Shown piece by piece: positions 32,226-45,435 of a stretch of DNA of 64,000 nucleotides; the stretch's first letter is position 1; every line of letters begins with the position of its first letter. The translations under genes were made by a program, and so were the position numbers. Under the pieces are notes generated by a model, which worked only from the letters and a program-made list of their open reading frames with translations, made no database searches and had not been told where the DNA came from. This DNA comes from the human T2T-CHM13v2.0 reference genome, Homo sapiens. The stretch lies in the NCBI RefSeq assembly GCF_009914755.1, contig NC_060927.1. One strand, written 5' to 3'.

Positions 32226-33399
32226 TTAGTACCCAGCCTTCTCCACCCCTGATTTTGCTAACCCTGCCCAGCACATAGTAGGTGTTTAATAAGTAATATA
32301 AGTAATAGGCTCTGTGAGGTCAGGGCACTTCTCAAGGGTGTGAGGATGAATATCCACAAGTCAGAAGTCTGTAATTTAGGGGTGGTTGGGAAGCACAGCA
32401 ACAAATGTTTCACGTATTTTGATCTTTCAATTCACCTGTGCAGATGCGTAAATTCTTCTGGATTGCGGAAGAACTGATTGTTCCCTAAGGGCCCTGTTTG
32501 GGGTTGGCAGATCTTGCGTACCTCTTCTGGGCCACCAGACCCTCTCTTTCTTCATCACCAAACCCAGGAAGGGCTCATATCCCGTTCTGCAGGTGTGGGT
32601 AGGAGAAAGCTGGGGGAACACCCAGGGGTTACTAGCTTTTAACAAAACCACATTTTAGTTGGCTGGAATCCTAGTCATGAGCAGGGATGATTACAGAGGG
32701 CTCACCTCACACCTTGTCCTGGCTTCAAATGGACTGAGTGGGCCCAAGCATGTTCCAGAGAGCTTAGTGGTGATGCAACTCCCGCAGGCCACCAGAGCAC
32801 AGAAATCCTTACTCTGCCTGGGCCTGGCTTTGTGTGTTTTCAGTTGTTCTGTCCTGGTGGCTTTGGGGAATACAATTCTTAGTCCTCAGAACACCAGCCT
32901 ACACTAACTCTGCTGTTTAACACTTGCCTCTGTTTGAATGTTTTGTGATAGTTGTTTGCTAAAGTTTGTTAACCTTGCCTTGCACATATTAGGTGATCAA
33001 TAAGTAATTGTATGAATTAATAAACTCTGATCCTTTCTCAGGGTCTAGCTCTGCAATATGCCTGGAGAATAAGTGACACTGCTTCCCTGCTGTCACCACT
33101 CCTTCCCTCTGCGATGTATGCTGAGCACCTTCCAGAGCGCTCTGCATTTCCATGGGGAGGGTGCTTGTGCACACACACACAGGCTCGTACTCACTACACC
33201 TGTCCAGGACGTGTTCACTGCTCCTCCGTGTGTGTTAGCTCAGGAACAGGAGAGTTCCTGTCCACAACCTCTCACTATCTCTCCAGGTCTGTGTCTAGAA
33301 AGATGTTTCAGTTGCCTTTCAGTGTCTGCAGGCATCAACATCAAGCGTCATGACCAACATCATAGCAGAGGTCCTGCCTATGTGCTCGCCACTGTTTAC

Positions 33400-33560
33400 T
33401 GCTTTTCATTTATCCTTTCATTTGCTTCTAGCAACAACCCTAAAAAGTAGGTCTGATTATCCGATTTTAATGCTGAAGATACTGCGACTCAGAGAAGCTA
33501 ATTTGCCCAAGATCACACAGATGAGCCCAGATACCACCCCAGGTCTTTGCAACACATCGC
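33400..33560 (-). mobile_element. MIR fragment
   Basis: 'ctgcgactcagagaagctaatttgcccaagatcacacag'. Confidence 0.6.
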
Positions 33561-34148
33561 TGTATAAATAATTACGCCATTATACTAGAGCATCAAAGCG
33601 AGTTCAGCAAATAGTAAAGGAAGGAGCCGGGGTTCTGAGGCACTACATGTTAGGGCCACCAGGGGACGCTGTTTCTCTATACTTGGACCAGGAACGCAGC
33701 CACTCCCCTGCAGACCTCAGGAATGCAGCCTGAGTGTGGCCTTGGGAACACAAGGGAGTCCCACAAATTCACACCCAGTAGGGCCCACCCCACCTTGCTT
33801 CAGCACAGTCTTCAGCCCACCCTCACCCCCACAACTTGGCAGGGGAGCATGGGGAGGCTGGCGGTTGCAGATACCAAAGTAGAAGTCTGAATTGGAACAT
33901 GTGATTCTTCTGCTCTGTCAGAAATTCTTCCAGTTGTGGGGCCTGGCCGCCTGATTTTCAGGGAAATGGCTAACTGCTGGGGCGCTTCTGATAGCAGAAA
34001 GCTTTTCAGAGATGGGCTCCTGGGGTGAGAGGATCCTGGTTAGGTCAGTGGCCTCCAAATTGGGATATGTAAGATGATCTGTTGGGGGTGCAGGAAGAAA
34101 ATAACAGAACCTTTATGTGAGTATTTATAATTTTAATCTAAAAATAAG

Positions 34149-34285
34149 AGCTGATGCGGTGGCATGGGTCTGTAGTCCCAGCTACTTGGGAAGCTGAGAT
34201 GGGAGGATCGCTTGAGCCCAGGGGTTTGAGGCCAGCCTGGGCAACATAGCGACACCCTGTCTGTAAAATAAGTAAATAAATAAAT
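34149..34285 (+). mobile_element. FLAM-type Alu monomer
   Basis: Monomer with A-rich tail. Confidence 0.85.
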
Positions 34286-34287
34286 GA

Positions 34288-34620
<333 letters not shown>

Positions 34621-35514
34621 TAGGATTTCTGCTGGATATACCAAACCTAACTAGATAACACATAACTGAACCACAGTCATCCTCACGGAATTGACAAGTA
34701 ACTTCTAAGGATTCCTATGAAGAGTCCAAGGTTTGATGGTAAAGCGATCAGTATCTGCATGTTCGAACCAGACGAAGATGCCTGAGCTGCCACTTCCACT
34801 TTTTGTGGGGACTCTTAGCTGCATTATGACATAAAAATGACATTCTAAACAGACCTTTTAGGGCACTCATCTCCCAAATTTAAACCTGTCAAAATTATTT
34901 GAAATTATATCTATTATCACTTACAATGAACCTTGCTGTAATAATAAAAAATCGCTGTGCCTTGATACAGTAATAGCCAGTGACAGCAGCACAGGTACAT
35001 GGTATGTCAGGGGTGCAGGCCAAACCCTATTTGGGGGTGGAGGCACAGATCAAAAGACCACTGGAGTATGCCGCAGCCAACAGTTCAGCGTTCCTGTCTT
35101 TACCATTCTTAGTTTGTTTTGGGCCAAGGGCCTGAGCTGTTAGGTTTGTGAAGACTTGCTGACATTGCTTAAGGGCTAGGCATTGGAACTATGACCCTTG
35201 GGGACTTTGGTTTCAATTCCAGTTGAGGCATTTCAAGTCAGGTGGTTTTTGTTTGTTTTTGGTCTACTTTACAAGTGTCCAATTCCTGTAACAGAAAGGA
35301 GGGGAGGAAGAGAAAAGGGAGGAGGAAGGGGGTGGGAGCCTTCCACTGCGTGGTGCTCTGTGGCACTCCCTGGAGTGTCGACTTTGTGGGCATTTCCCCA
35401 TCTTGCACAATGGAGGGGCCTCCCTCTAGATCCCGTTCCTTAAGTTCTTCCTTTCAGGGGCAGATTTAAAAATCTCGTGGGATTTGTCTGAATCTTGACA
35501 GAAAGATGGTTCTT

Positions 35515-35775
35515 ATTTATTTTCTTATTCTGAGACAGGGTCTTACTCTGTGAGTGCAGTGGTACAATCACGGCTCATTGCAGCCTTGACCTCCCTGGCT
35601 CAGCGATCCACCTCAGCCTTCCAAGTAGCTGGGACCACAGGCATGTGTCACCACGCATGGCTAATTTTTTCTTTCTTTTGTAGAGATGGGGTCTCATTAT
35701 GTTGCCAAGGCTGTTCTCAAACTCCTGGGCTAAAGCGATCTGCCTGCCTCAGCCTCCCAAAGTGCTGGGATTCCA
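35515..35775 (-). mobile_element. AluJ-type
   Basis: Diverged antisense Alu. Confidence 0.88.
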
Positions 35776-36545
35776 GATTCGAGATAGTGAAATGAACTTT
35801 CTAAGAGGACTTCCTGAGAGCAAATGTAAGGTTGTCTGTATAAGTTCCTGTCAAAGCATCAGGATTCCTTAGGACGATTTTTTAAGCATGTAGAGTCCTG
35901 GGCCTCACTTATGGCCTCCCGGCTCAGACTATCAGCTGGCCCAGGAAAAAGAATTTTCACCAAACCCCTCTGCCCATGCCCCACAAACTAGGGATTTTGA
36001 GAAACGTTATTCTGTATAATGACATTTTTGAAAACTCTAGTCTTTCAAAGAGTTTATTATTTGAATTAATTTCTCTTAATATGGGATAGGGAAGGCCTGG
36101 GGGTCGTTTATTCATTTTAAGCACAAGGATGAAGTGAGACTCCGAAGAGGTCAGCCATTCACCTAAGTGTGCGGGAAAGGTCATGGGAGATGGGGGCTGG
36201 TCCTCCCTTGGGGCCAAGCCCTCCCTGCCCAGTTCTGCTGCACACACTGGACACACCTGAGTGTGGGGAGTGCTATGACACTTCACACATCAGTGAGGAG
36301 GGCCCTGACTTTAAGCAACTCCAAGAGAAGGGGCTGAATTTCTGAGGCCAATTCATCATCGAAACCAGACCCCTACCTGGGCCCAGTGGGAAATTATAAT
36401 CCCACTCATCTTCAGAAAGGGACCTTGGAATGGAAGCCTTAAATGCTATTCAGTCCAACCACATGACTGGCAAAATCCGTGGAGGTTCTTTAGCAAAACA
36501 TCAGCACAATGGCATGTTGGCTGCAGAATACTAAAAAGGACTCTA

Positions 36546-36710
36546 GGCTGGGCATAGTAGCTCATGCCTGTAGTCCCAGTTACTCAGAGGCTGAAGCAGG
36601 AGGATGGCTTGAGCCCGGTGTATGAGGCTGCAGTGAGCCAGGATAGCACCACTGTACTCTAGCTGGGTGATAGAGGAAGACTGTCACCAAAAAAAAAAAA
36701 AAAAAAAAAA
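36546..36710 (+). mobile_element. Alu right monomer/FRAM
   Basis: TSD aaaaaggactcta. Confidence 0.88.
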
Positions 36711-38569
36711 GGACTCTAGAGGCCAGAAAGTTTCTTCTCCTGGCAGAGCCTCCTCCCTGCCCCTACTTCCCCTGGAGAGCAGCTCCTTCCAGAAGGCCCA
36801 CCCAGAGGTGGGTTCAGTACCCCTCGTGGTCCTCAAATTGCACACTGGGGCTGCTTTTGCCTTGTCATTTATCACTCTGCACTGAAATGGCCAGGAGTCT
36901 GCTTCCCGCAGGGGACCGTGAGTCTCTTGGAGGTAGGGGCTGGGTTCAGTAAGTGTCTGTAAAATGAATAGGGTCCTCACTGGGGCTTCTCTTGTGTCTG
37001 ACTTAGTCATCATCACCTCGAGCACCCTCACATTCCACTGAGGCAGAGCCTTGGCACTGCCATTTGATGAACTGCCAGGGTGGTGTAAAATGTCTAGAAT
37101 GTCCATCTTCTGTGTCATGGGGAAGAGACAGACCTTGAGCGAGGGCTACAACCTCAAATCAGGGCTGCATGGCCACTTGCCACCTGGGCACTCTGGGCCT
37201 ACCTCCAGATATTGCAGGCCACACCCCTGCCAGGTAGGAAAGGAGCCATTTTATTTTCCTGCTCTCAGAGGTTACGAAACCAACCAAGCAAGGCAAGTCG
37301 GCCATCAGGCTCAGCCTCCCATGAAGCGCTCCTGACTTCCCACCCTTCCTCCAGGCCAGGAGTCTGCCAATCACAATCTGGGTTCTGTTTTCCCGCCTTT
37401 CCTGGCAGCACAAACCACGGCTCCGGATGGTGAGCAATGCAAGTTCCAGGCATGCCTTGCTGCATTACTGGGTTCCCAGGTGTCACTTCATCCAGAGGGT
37501 GAGTCCTTCACAGGTCTGTGGGCTGATAAACATGCAAATTTCCCCACGCAAATGATGTTAGGCCGTGGCACCTTTCCCACTGAGAAAGCGCCCTGTCAAC
37601 AAGCTGGGAAAATGGGTGAAAGCCCATGCTTTGCCCGCCCTGGGTAGCACACACTGGCCAAGAATCTGGGCAAGGCCCCCTGCAGGGGCAAGCGCACATC
37701 GCACACTCCCGCCTCGAGTCCCTGCGGGAAGGCAGGGACTTCCGCAGGCCTGTGGTCTGGCTTTAGGGAAAAGTCCATTTGCTCACTTGATTCCGTGGTG
37801 TTTCCACGTGAGCGCAGCTGTGTGTGTCAGCTGATGTGTGTGATCTGAGTGGTTTCTATACCGTCGTGGAAACCCCCAGCCCAGTGGTTATGGACTTTCT
37901 TGGGGCCTCAACTCTCCCCAAGAGCGTGATCCTCACTACGGGGGAGCGGCGCTTTATCCGGCGGGGCGGGTGGACACTCCTACAGACCCACTTTGACCCA
38001 TTTTCTCACAGTTTCCAACCCAGAGCCGCAGGGACAGGGGCGGACTGCGTTTCCTTCCCTGAGCCCTCCGCAGAGCCTCTGGGCAAGGCGGGCAGGGCCC
38101 AGGCTGCAGCGGGGCCTCCGGCCCGAGGCGCCTGCGTGGGAGCCGACCCTAGGCGCCGGGAGCCCCGGCGGGAGCTCCAGGGGGTGCGGGCGTTAGAGAG
38201 GGCTAGGGCCGCGCCCAGGCGGGGTGCGGGGAACCCGGGAGATGAAGCCGCCCAGGGGCGGGGGTGTTTGTCACCAAGGTTCTGAGGGGCCGTGGAAGGT
38301 TTTTACCTGTTTTCATTGGGAGCAAATAACAAAACTAAAAGCGATGGAGGAGTGGGGCTGCAGAAATGGAAGCAGCAGTGTGGGGAAGCCGGACGCTTCC
38401 CGGGGAAGAGGGAGAGGGGACGCTCAGATCCAAAAGGCGGGCTGGGAGCGGAGTGGGGCAGCCGCCGGGGGGCGCCCGCAAGGGCTAGGGCTCGGGGCCG
38501 GGTTTGGGGGCGGGTAGGGGCGGGCAGGGGCGGGGCAGGAGCCGGGGCTGCGAGCTGGCCGCGGCGCAA

Positions 38570-38622
38570 GGAATGCGGCCTTTGGCTGGTCCCGGGCCGG
38601 CATTCCGGCCGGCGCAGGAATG
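38570..38622. promoter_or_regulatory. Cluster of three TEAD/MCAT motifs (GGAATG 38570, CATTCC 38601, GGAATG 38617)
   Basis: Exact consensus matches; binding is inferred. Confidence 0.6.
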
Positions 38623-38721
38623 TGAGCAGGGTGTTCACTGCGCGCTCTGAGCGCACAAGTTTGTTCTCCTCTCCTTGGAGAACGCCGGCCCGCTCTGTGC
38701 CACCCTCTCCCCAAGCCCCCG
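38620..38721 (+). other. Putative non-coding first exon of an unidentified + strand gene (5' end approximate)
   Basis: Downstream of GC boxes in the CpG island; ends at splice donor CCG|GTACGT (intron from 38722); CpG density falls soon after. Confidence 0.55.
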
Positions 38722-41375
38722 GTACGTCCGTCTGTCCGGGTGGAGGACAGGGCCCCGAGGGCCGCGACCAGGAGGGACTCGCAGGAGGCACCGGACAGGG
38801 GTGCGGCGAGACCAGTCGCGCTGGAGGAAAGGAGGGAAGCCCGCAGTGGTCCGCTGAGGCACTGAGAAAGCCAGGCCAGTAGCTCAAAGAGGAGATAGGA
38901 CGTGCCCCTCTCCATCATCAGCCTCAAGGGGCACAGGGTTCAGATCCCAAAATGTGCCCATTTAGGGGGCACATTGTGAAGGGCAAGACCTGGGGAGAGA
39001 AGAGGGAAAGCGGACAATCTAGTTTAGGATTAGGTGCTTTCTGATCGGCCAGGGAGTGACTGAATACCTAACAGCATTTAACTCATTCAACAAATATTTG
39101 CTGAGCCTCTGCTCCGTGCCAGTTCCTGAGATTAATTCTGGGGGCACAGAGGTGAAGTCATCCTGTCCTTGAGGGGCTGACATTCTGATCCTCAAGACAG
39201 TCTCTGAAACACCGAGGGAGAGTTGGGGGAAGCCCAGGGTGTGGGGGAACACCGAGGAATAACACAGATTGGGGGTGGAGATCCAGGAGGGCTTCCTGGG
39301 AGAAGCTGCAGAGTGACACGGAAGATCAGTAGGAGTCAGCCCAAAAGATGGGAGAAGAGTATTTTAGACAGAGGGAACCTTATGTGCAGAGGAAGAGCCT
39401 GTGCTGCGATTGGCCCCCAAACAGAGCATAAGTCTGCTCCTGGCCTCTCCCCATGCCTGCCAAAGGCCCAGCTGAGTCACAGTAAGGGTCAGGGTGTCCA
39501 TCTCAGTCCACTCATGATGTTGGTTGGTCTATGGAGCCCCTCTTCTGCGAGAGGCACAGCAGTGGCCCGTGAAGAGTGAGAAGAGAATCAGGACTCAGCA
39601 CGCTGCTGTGGGAGTATTGTGGGGACTGATAGATAATGCCCATAAGCATCTGGTGTGGGGCCTAGCACCTAGTAGGCGCTCTGTGTACATTGGCTGGTCT
39701 CTCAGCACCTTGCCTGATTGACTGACTCCTCTTCCCCTTCGTAGTACTGATTTCTGGTTCCGAAAAGGCAGCTGTCCAGCTCTTCATCCCTGCGGAGGGG
39801 CCTTCCCAAGGGGAAGACCATGTGGGTCTGGTCATGGAACTTCCTGCTTTTTGTCCTTCCCTGATTTGGGGGTGGTAGCATGCAGGACATGAGACTGGCA
39901 TGGAAGAGGGCATCATAAAGATCCTGGAATACATCCAGGGCACCCAATGCTGTGGGCAAGGAGGAATTGGAGCAGAGAAGGACCTTGCTTGCAGGTGCAG
40001 CATGGGAGATTGGCCCATGGGCTGAGAACAGGATGAATGAAGCAAGGAGGGTCAGGGCCAGGAAGGCTGAACTTGGGCAGTATCCAGAAAAGGACTAATG
40101 GGAGCTCGGAGGGCAGGGACAGAAAGCAGAGCTGGGAGGTTGTCACTGGGGTGGTAGAGGAGATCAGACCCTTCAGCTGATTAGCTGAAAGGTGGGGCCA
40201 GGACTGTAAATCTCCTACTAGATCCTCACTCGGCTTGGGTCAGTATGGATCTGAGCACATGAGGCCACACGGGATCTTAGTCTCTGTGTGTCACAAATGT
40301 CACTGAGTGATGGAACAGAAATGTTTATATCCAGAAGTTCTTTGTCCCATGAATGCACTGGGACCTAAATTCTTATGTGCAGAGGAAAAGTGCAGGCCTT
40401 GGAATGGCCTCTCCAGCATTGTTCCTTGGCAAACACAGGAAGATGGGTTTCCTTTAGCTTTGTGGTGCTGACATCTGAATCCGGACCCCTCCCCCAGCCT
40501 TTGGGGTCAGGGAGGGAGGCAGAGGACGAAGCAGTCGATGGAAAATAAACAGCCACCTCTGCTTTTTTGACTTATTTCATGTTCTTAGAATTTCCTCTCT
40601 TGGATTCTGGCTTTGTTATTTTAAAATTCCACACGTTGGTTAGGGTTGAGAAAACCCCCTGTTGCTATTGCTATGGAGAGGCAGCTCTACGCTGGGGGCA
40701 CAGAGTCTCGGCACCCCTGGAGAAGTAAGCCGGCCAGCGGGCCTGCAGCCCAGTCTCCAAGTGAGTTTCTGAGTCAGCCTGTGCGAGGGAGGCTCTTGGG
40801 GCTGGGTGTGTGTGCCGCCTCTGTGTGAGCATGTGCTAGTCACACAGCTGGGATATGGCCGTGTTTTGGTTCCAGCTCTTTGGGCTAGAGCCACGCCGCA
40901 GTAGTGATAGCTCCATTTGGGGACTTCCAAAGGGGGTTCCAGGTGGGCTTGGATAGTGCATAAACTGAGAGGGCAACTCCAGCCCACTAGAGCCCTGCCT
41001 CACGCCCACACACACATGACTCAGACTGCTGCCTCCCCTGGACTGTGCTGTGGACACCTGGTCCTGTGCTGTCCTTCCATTAAGGCCTCTGCCTTTCCTC
41101 CTCCTCTCTTGACACCCATTCCCTTTTCCTTCAGGGGATGTGTACAAAAATTTAGGCACAAAAATAATCATTGCAGTGTTTCCTTCCTTCACCAATTCAT
41201 TCATTCATTCATTCATCCGTCCATTCAGTCATACAACAAATATTTATTGAGTGCTTACCAGGCACCAGGCATTGTACTGGATTCTGGAAATACAGAGACA
41301 GAGAAACTGGAATACTGGAAACAACTCAAGGATCCCAACATTTAGTGGCATAAAGTATGGAGTATCTACATGACA

Positions 41376-41580
41376 CAGGGCTGGAATGAGGGTGAAGCAA
41401 CTGAAGTAGGGGGTACCCCAAAACCCCATAATCAAGACAAGTAATATTTTAATGCAACTTTTTAAAAATAAAGATTAATCCATGGTGAACCAAACATCAA
41501 AATTTTAAATAAAGTCAGGATCAGTAACAGTTCTGTGCTAGATCATATTTAGACCCCAGGGAAAGGAAAAATTAGTCATA
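41376..41580 (+). mobile_element. MER96B-like MITE fragment
   Basis: 'taatcaagacaagtaatattttaatgcaa...aaataaagtcaggatcagtaacag'. Confidence 0.65.
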
Positions 41581-41881
41581 CAACACATTGACAGAATGTC
41601 ATGCAAACATTAGAATATGTCGAGGAAGTTTGCTTATTGACGTAGAAAGAAACTCATGGCATATTGTTGAGTGAAAAAAAGGGAAATTACCAAGCCATAT
41701 ATAAAGTATAAGCCAATTAAAATATATATCTAGGTACTGGAAATGCTGAAAAAGCCTATGTCCAGATGTTAACAGCTCTTTCCTCTACAATTAACAGTTA
41801 TGTTTTTGACTTCCTTTCGCCTATCTGTGTTTCCTGGATATTTTAATGACAAAGATGTAATATGTGTATAATTTTCTCAAA

Positions 41882-42193
41882 TTTTTTTTTTGTTTGTTTT
41901 TGTTTTTTTTTCTGAGATGAAGTCTTGCTCTGTCGCCCAGGCTGGAGTGCAGTAGTACGATCTTGACTCACTGCAACCTCCACCTCCCGAGTTCAAGTTA
42001 TTCTCCTGCCTCAGCCTCTTGAGTAACTGGGACTACAGGCGCATGCCACCACACCCAGCTAATTTTTGTATTTTTAGTGGAGACGGGTTTTCACCATGTT
42101 GACCAGGCTGGTCTCGAACTCCTGAGCTGGTGATCTGCCTGCCTCGGCCTCCCAAAGTGCTGAGATTACAGGTGTGAGCCACCGCGCCCGGCC
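41882..42193 (-). mobile_element. AluS
   Basis: Full antisense Alu. Confidence 0.95.
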
Positions 42194-43039
42194 TCAAAGA
42201 TTTTTTTTTAATACAACAGGAGCATTGGAGCAGAGTATGCTGATCTGGAGAGACTCCCCACATCACCCCACTTCTCAATGTTGAGACTGGGGCAGGTCTG
42301 GGATTACCCTCTCACTTCCTCCATGAGAAAGCTGAGGCTCGGTGAGGCTGAGGCATGTGGTGGCGCCAGCCTCTGAAGGCAGGCGAGTCTTCAGGGTCCA
42401 CATTGCCCCATAGGATGGCTGCGGCTCTTGTGTGCCAGCTTATGAACTTTTTCTGTCTTTCCCTTCATGGCCCAGCTGCTCTCCACTGGCCTACCTCTTC
42501 CACTGATGTTGTTTTTCAACTGAGAACAGAACTGCAGGAAGAAAGCCTGGATAGATGTGCCTAGCCCCATCTCTGGGTCCTCAATGAATGACAAGTGGGC
42601 TTGTGAGTGACTGAGTGAGGGAGTGAGTGATTCTGGTTAGAAAGTATTTCCAATGTTGTGTTGTTCTCTTTGGCACAGACATACCCTGCAGACTGGCATG
42701 AATCATAAGTAATTCCCTAAAGCCCCCATCTGCCTGGAAATGCCTAGTGGTATTTCCCATAGTTCAGAAGCCATCAGCCCTGCATGCCAGCAGGTTTAGC
42801 TATTCTCCACCCAGCCACAAACTCTTGCCCATCCCCTGGGGAGAACACTGGAGGGAGAGGAGCTTGAGGGAGAGGAGCTTGAGGTAGAGGTGACACCTCT
42901 GGAGACTGCAGTCATTCTGGGATTTTGCTCACAGAAGCCTCAGGGCTGCGATCCTCCCGGTAGGCTGTTTGTGACTTAGTAGGCCTTGTGTCTTAAGCAT
43001 GATGCCTGAGGGCCAGAAGAGAAGCCCTTTCTCCCTCTC

Positions 43040-43091
43040 TTTTTTTAATTTATTATTATTATTTTTTAATTATACTTTAAGTTCTAGGGTA
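43040..43091 (-). mobile_element. Minimal L1PA 3'-terminal fragment with tail
   Basis: 'ttttttaattatactttaagttctagggta' is the reverse complement of the primate L1PA 3' end. Confidence 0.7.
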
Positions 43092-43839
43092 AGAGGTGGG
43101 TTCCCAGGCTTCAGCTCTCTCTCAGCAGCATGTGGTCTCAGCTTGTCTACTGAATGCTGAGAAGCAAGAGTGCTCTTGGTTCTAAGTGTGGGTATAGCAG
43201 GTTGTATTTCTCAAAGATGGTGGTGACAATATTGCAGCTAACTATGGCTACTATGTAGACATAACTAAGTTATGGCCAGTGACATGCAAGTGGAATTATT
43301 GTGTGTGAATATCTGCAAAGATGTCTTCAAAGGGAGGTGAAGTGCCTTTCTTGTTCCTTTCTCCATCCTGCCGCCTGTAATGCAGATGTGATGACTAGAG
43401 CTCTAGCAGCCTTCTTGGACAATGAAGACTTGGGGTGGGGGGACGCCTTAACAAATACCAGAAACCCAGAAGCTATGAAATAAAAGATAAACATATTTGG
43501 CTAGATTAGAATCTTAAATTTTTGTGGCAAAAGATAGCACAAAGAATAGATGAACAGATTTGGAAACCATACTTATAAATCAGAGGACAAAGGGCACAAA
43601 GAACATTTACAAATTGCCAAGAAAAAGATAAAAGATTCAATAGAAATGCAATTTATGGAATGGCAGTTTCAAAGAGCCAAAAACATATGAAAAATCACTA
43701 GCAGTTAGTGAAATGGTTAGGTCAGCTTGAAAAAAATAAAAAGACTGGGAATGCTGGTGGACCTGCAGAGAAAGGGGTATTCACGTACAGCGTTACTTGA
43801 AATGTGACTTTCTCTAGCCTTTAAAAAAGTCAATTATGT

Positions 43840-44449
<610 letters not shown>

Positions 44450-44585
44450 TTATAATTATTACATAAAATTAATAATTTTATATATTATAACCTGTACAAA
44501 TTATATATCTATAAGTATATTTGACCACCAGTTCAGTCCTTTTCATCTGTCCTCAAATATCTGTACAGGATAATGTGTATTACAG

Positions 44586-45211
44586 TATTGTTCATAGTGT
44601 CCAAAAATTGTAATTAAAGTGAATGCTGACCAGGTGCAGTGGCTCATGCCTGTAATCCCAACAGTTTGGGAGGCCAAGGTGGGCAGATCACTTGAGGTCA
44701 GGAGTTCAAGACCACCCTGGCCAACATGGTGAAACACCATCCCTACTAAAAGTACAAAATTAGCTGGGTGTGGTGGTGCACGCCTGTAATCCCAGCTACT
44801 TGGGAGGCTGAGGCAGGAGAATTGCTTGAACCCAGAAGGTGGAGGTTGCGGCTAGAGTGCCGAGATCACACCACTGCACTCTAGCCTGCATAACAAGAGC
44901 AAAACTCCATCTCAAAAAAATAAAAATAAGAAAATAAAAAATAAAGCGAAGCTGAATAAATTATGGGGCATTTATATTTAGGAATGTTACGCATCCATTA
45001 AAAAGAAAGAAGCAGAGATAAACCAGTGATTAATTTTTATTAGATATTTATGAAAAAGAAAAGCAAGATAAGGAGAAGTATATACATCATTTAGGTAAAA
45101 CAATGATTTAAAACCTATGTGTGTATATGTATGTTTTGTTAGTCTGAGTTCTGCAAGGATCGGTGACTAAGATGGAATTCCACTTGCAAGAGATCTATTG
45201 GAAAAAGCTCC
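44586..45211 (+). repeat. About 310-bp local duplication, copy 1 (Alu-interrupted)
   Basis: Collinear with 46226-46533 once the Alu is removed. Confidence 0.92.
44628..44945 (+). mobile_element. AluS inserted into copy 1 of a local duplication
   Basis: Degenerate TSD taaagtgaatgct / taaagcgaagct. Confidence 0.93.
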
Positions 45212-45254
45212 TGTGAGTGAACAATGGGAGGTACATTCTCAAAGCTGTAGCATA

Positions 45255-45435
45255 TTCACACACATGGCTATGTGTGTGTATGTTTATGTATAGATATACA
45301 TATCTGTATATCATATATGTGAATACGTATTATATATGTTTATGTACATATATGGATATATGTATGCACATATCATGTGTATACATATGGCTCTGTCTGT
45401 GTGTGTGTATATGTTCATATACATTTGTATATGTA
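45255..45435. repeat. Degenerate (TA/TG)n low-complexity tract
   Basis: Direct reading. Confidence 0.8.

Larger units (their letters stand above)
37690..38860. promoter_or_regulatory. CpG island promoter
   Basis: Abrupt high GC and CpG density; multiple GGGCGG boxes (about 38255, 38506-38535); E-boxes at 37805-37833. Confidence 0.9.

Noticed and set aside
38620-38721. Assigning a gene symbol to the promoter
   Set aside because: No coding exon in the window and I do not recognise the 5'UTR; needs BLAT
38292-38927. Overlapping 167-196 aa ORFs on both strands
   Set aside because: Stop-poor CpG-island sequence; no recognisable protein; mostly non-ATG starts
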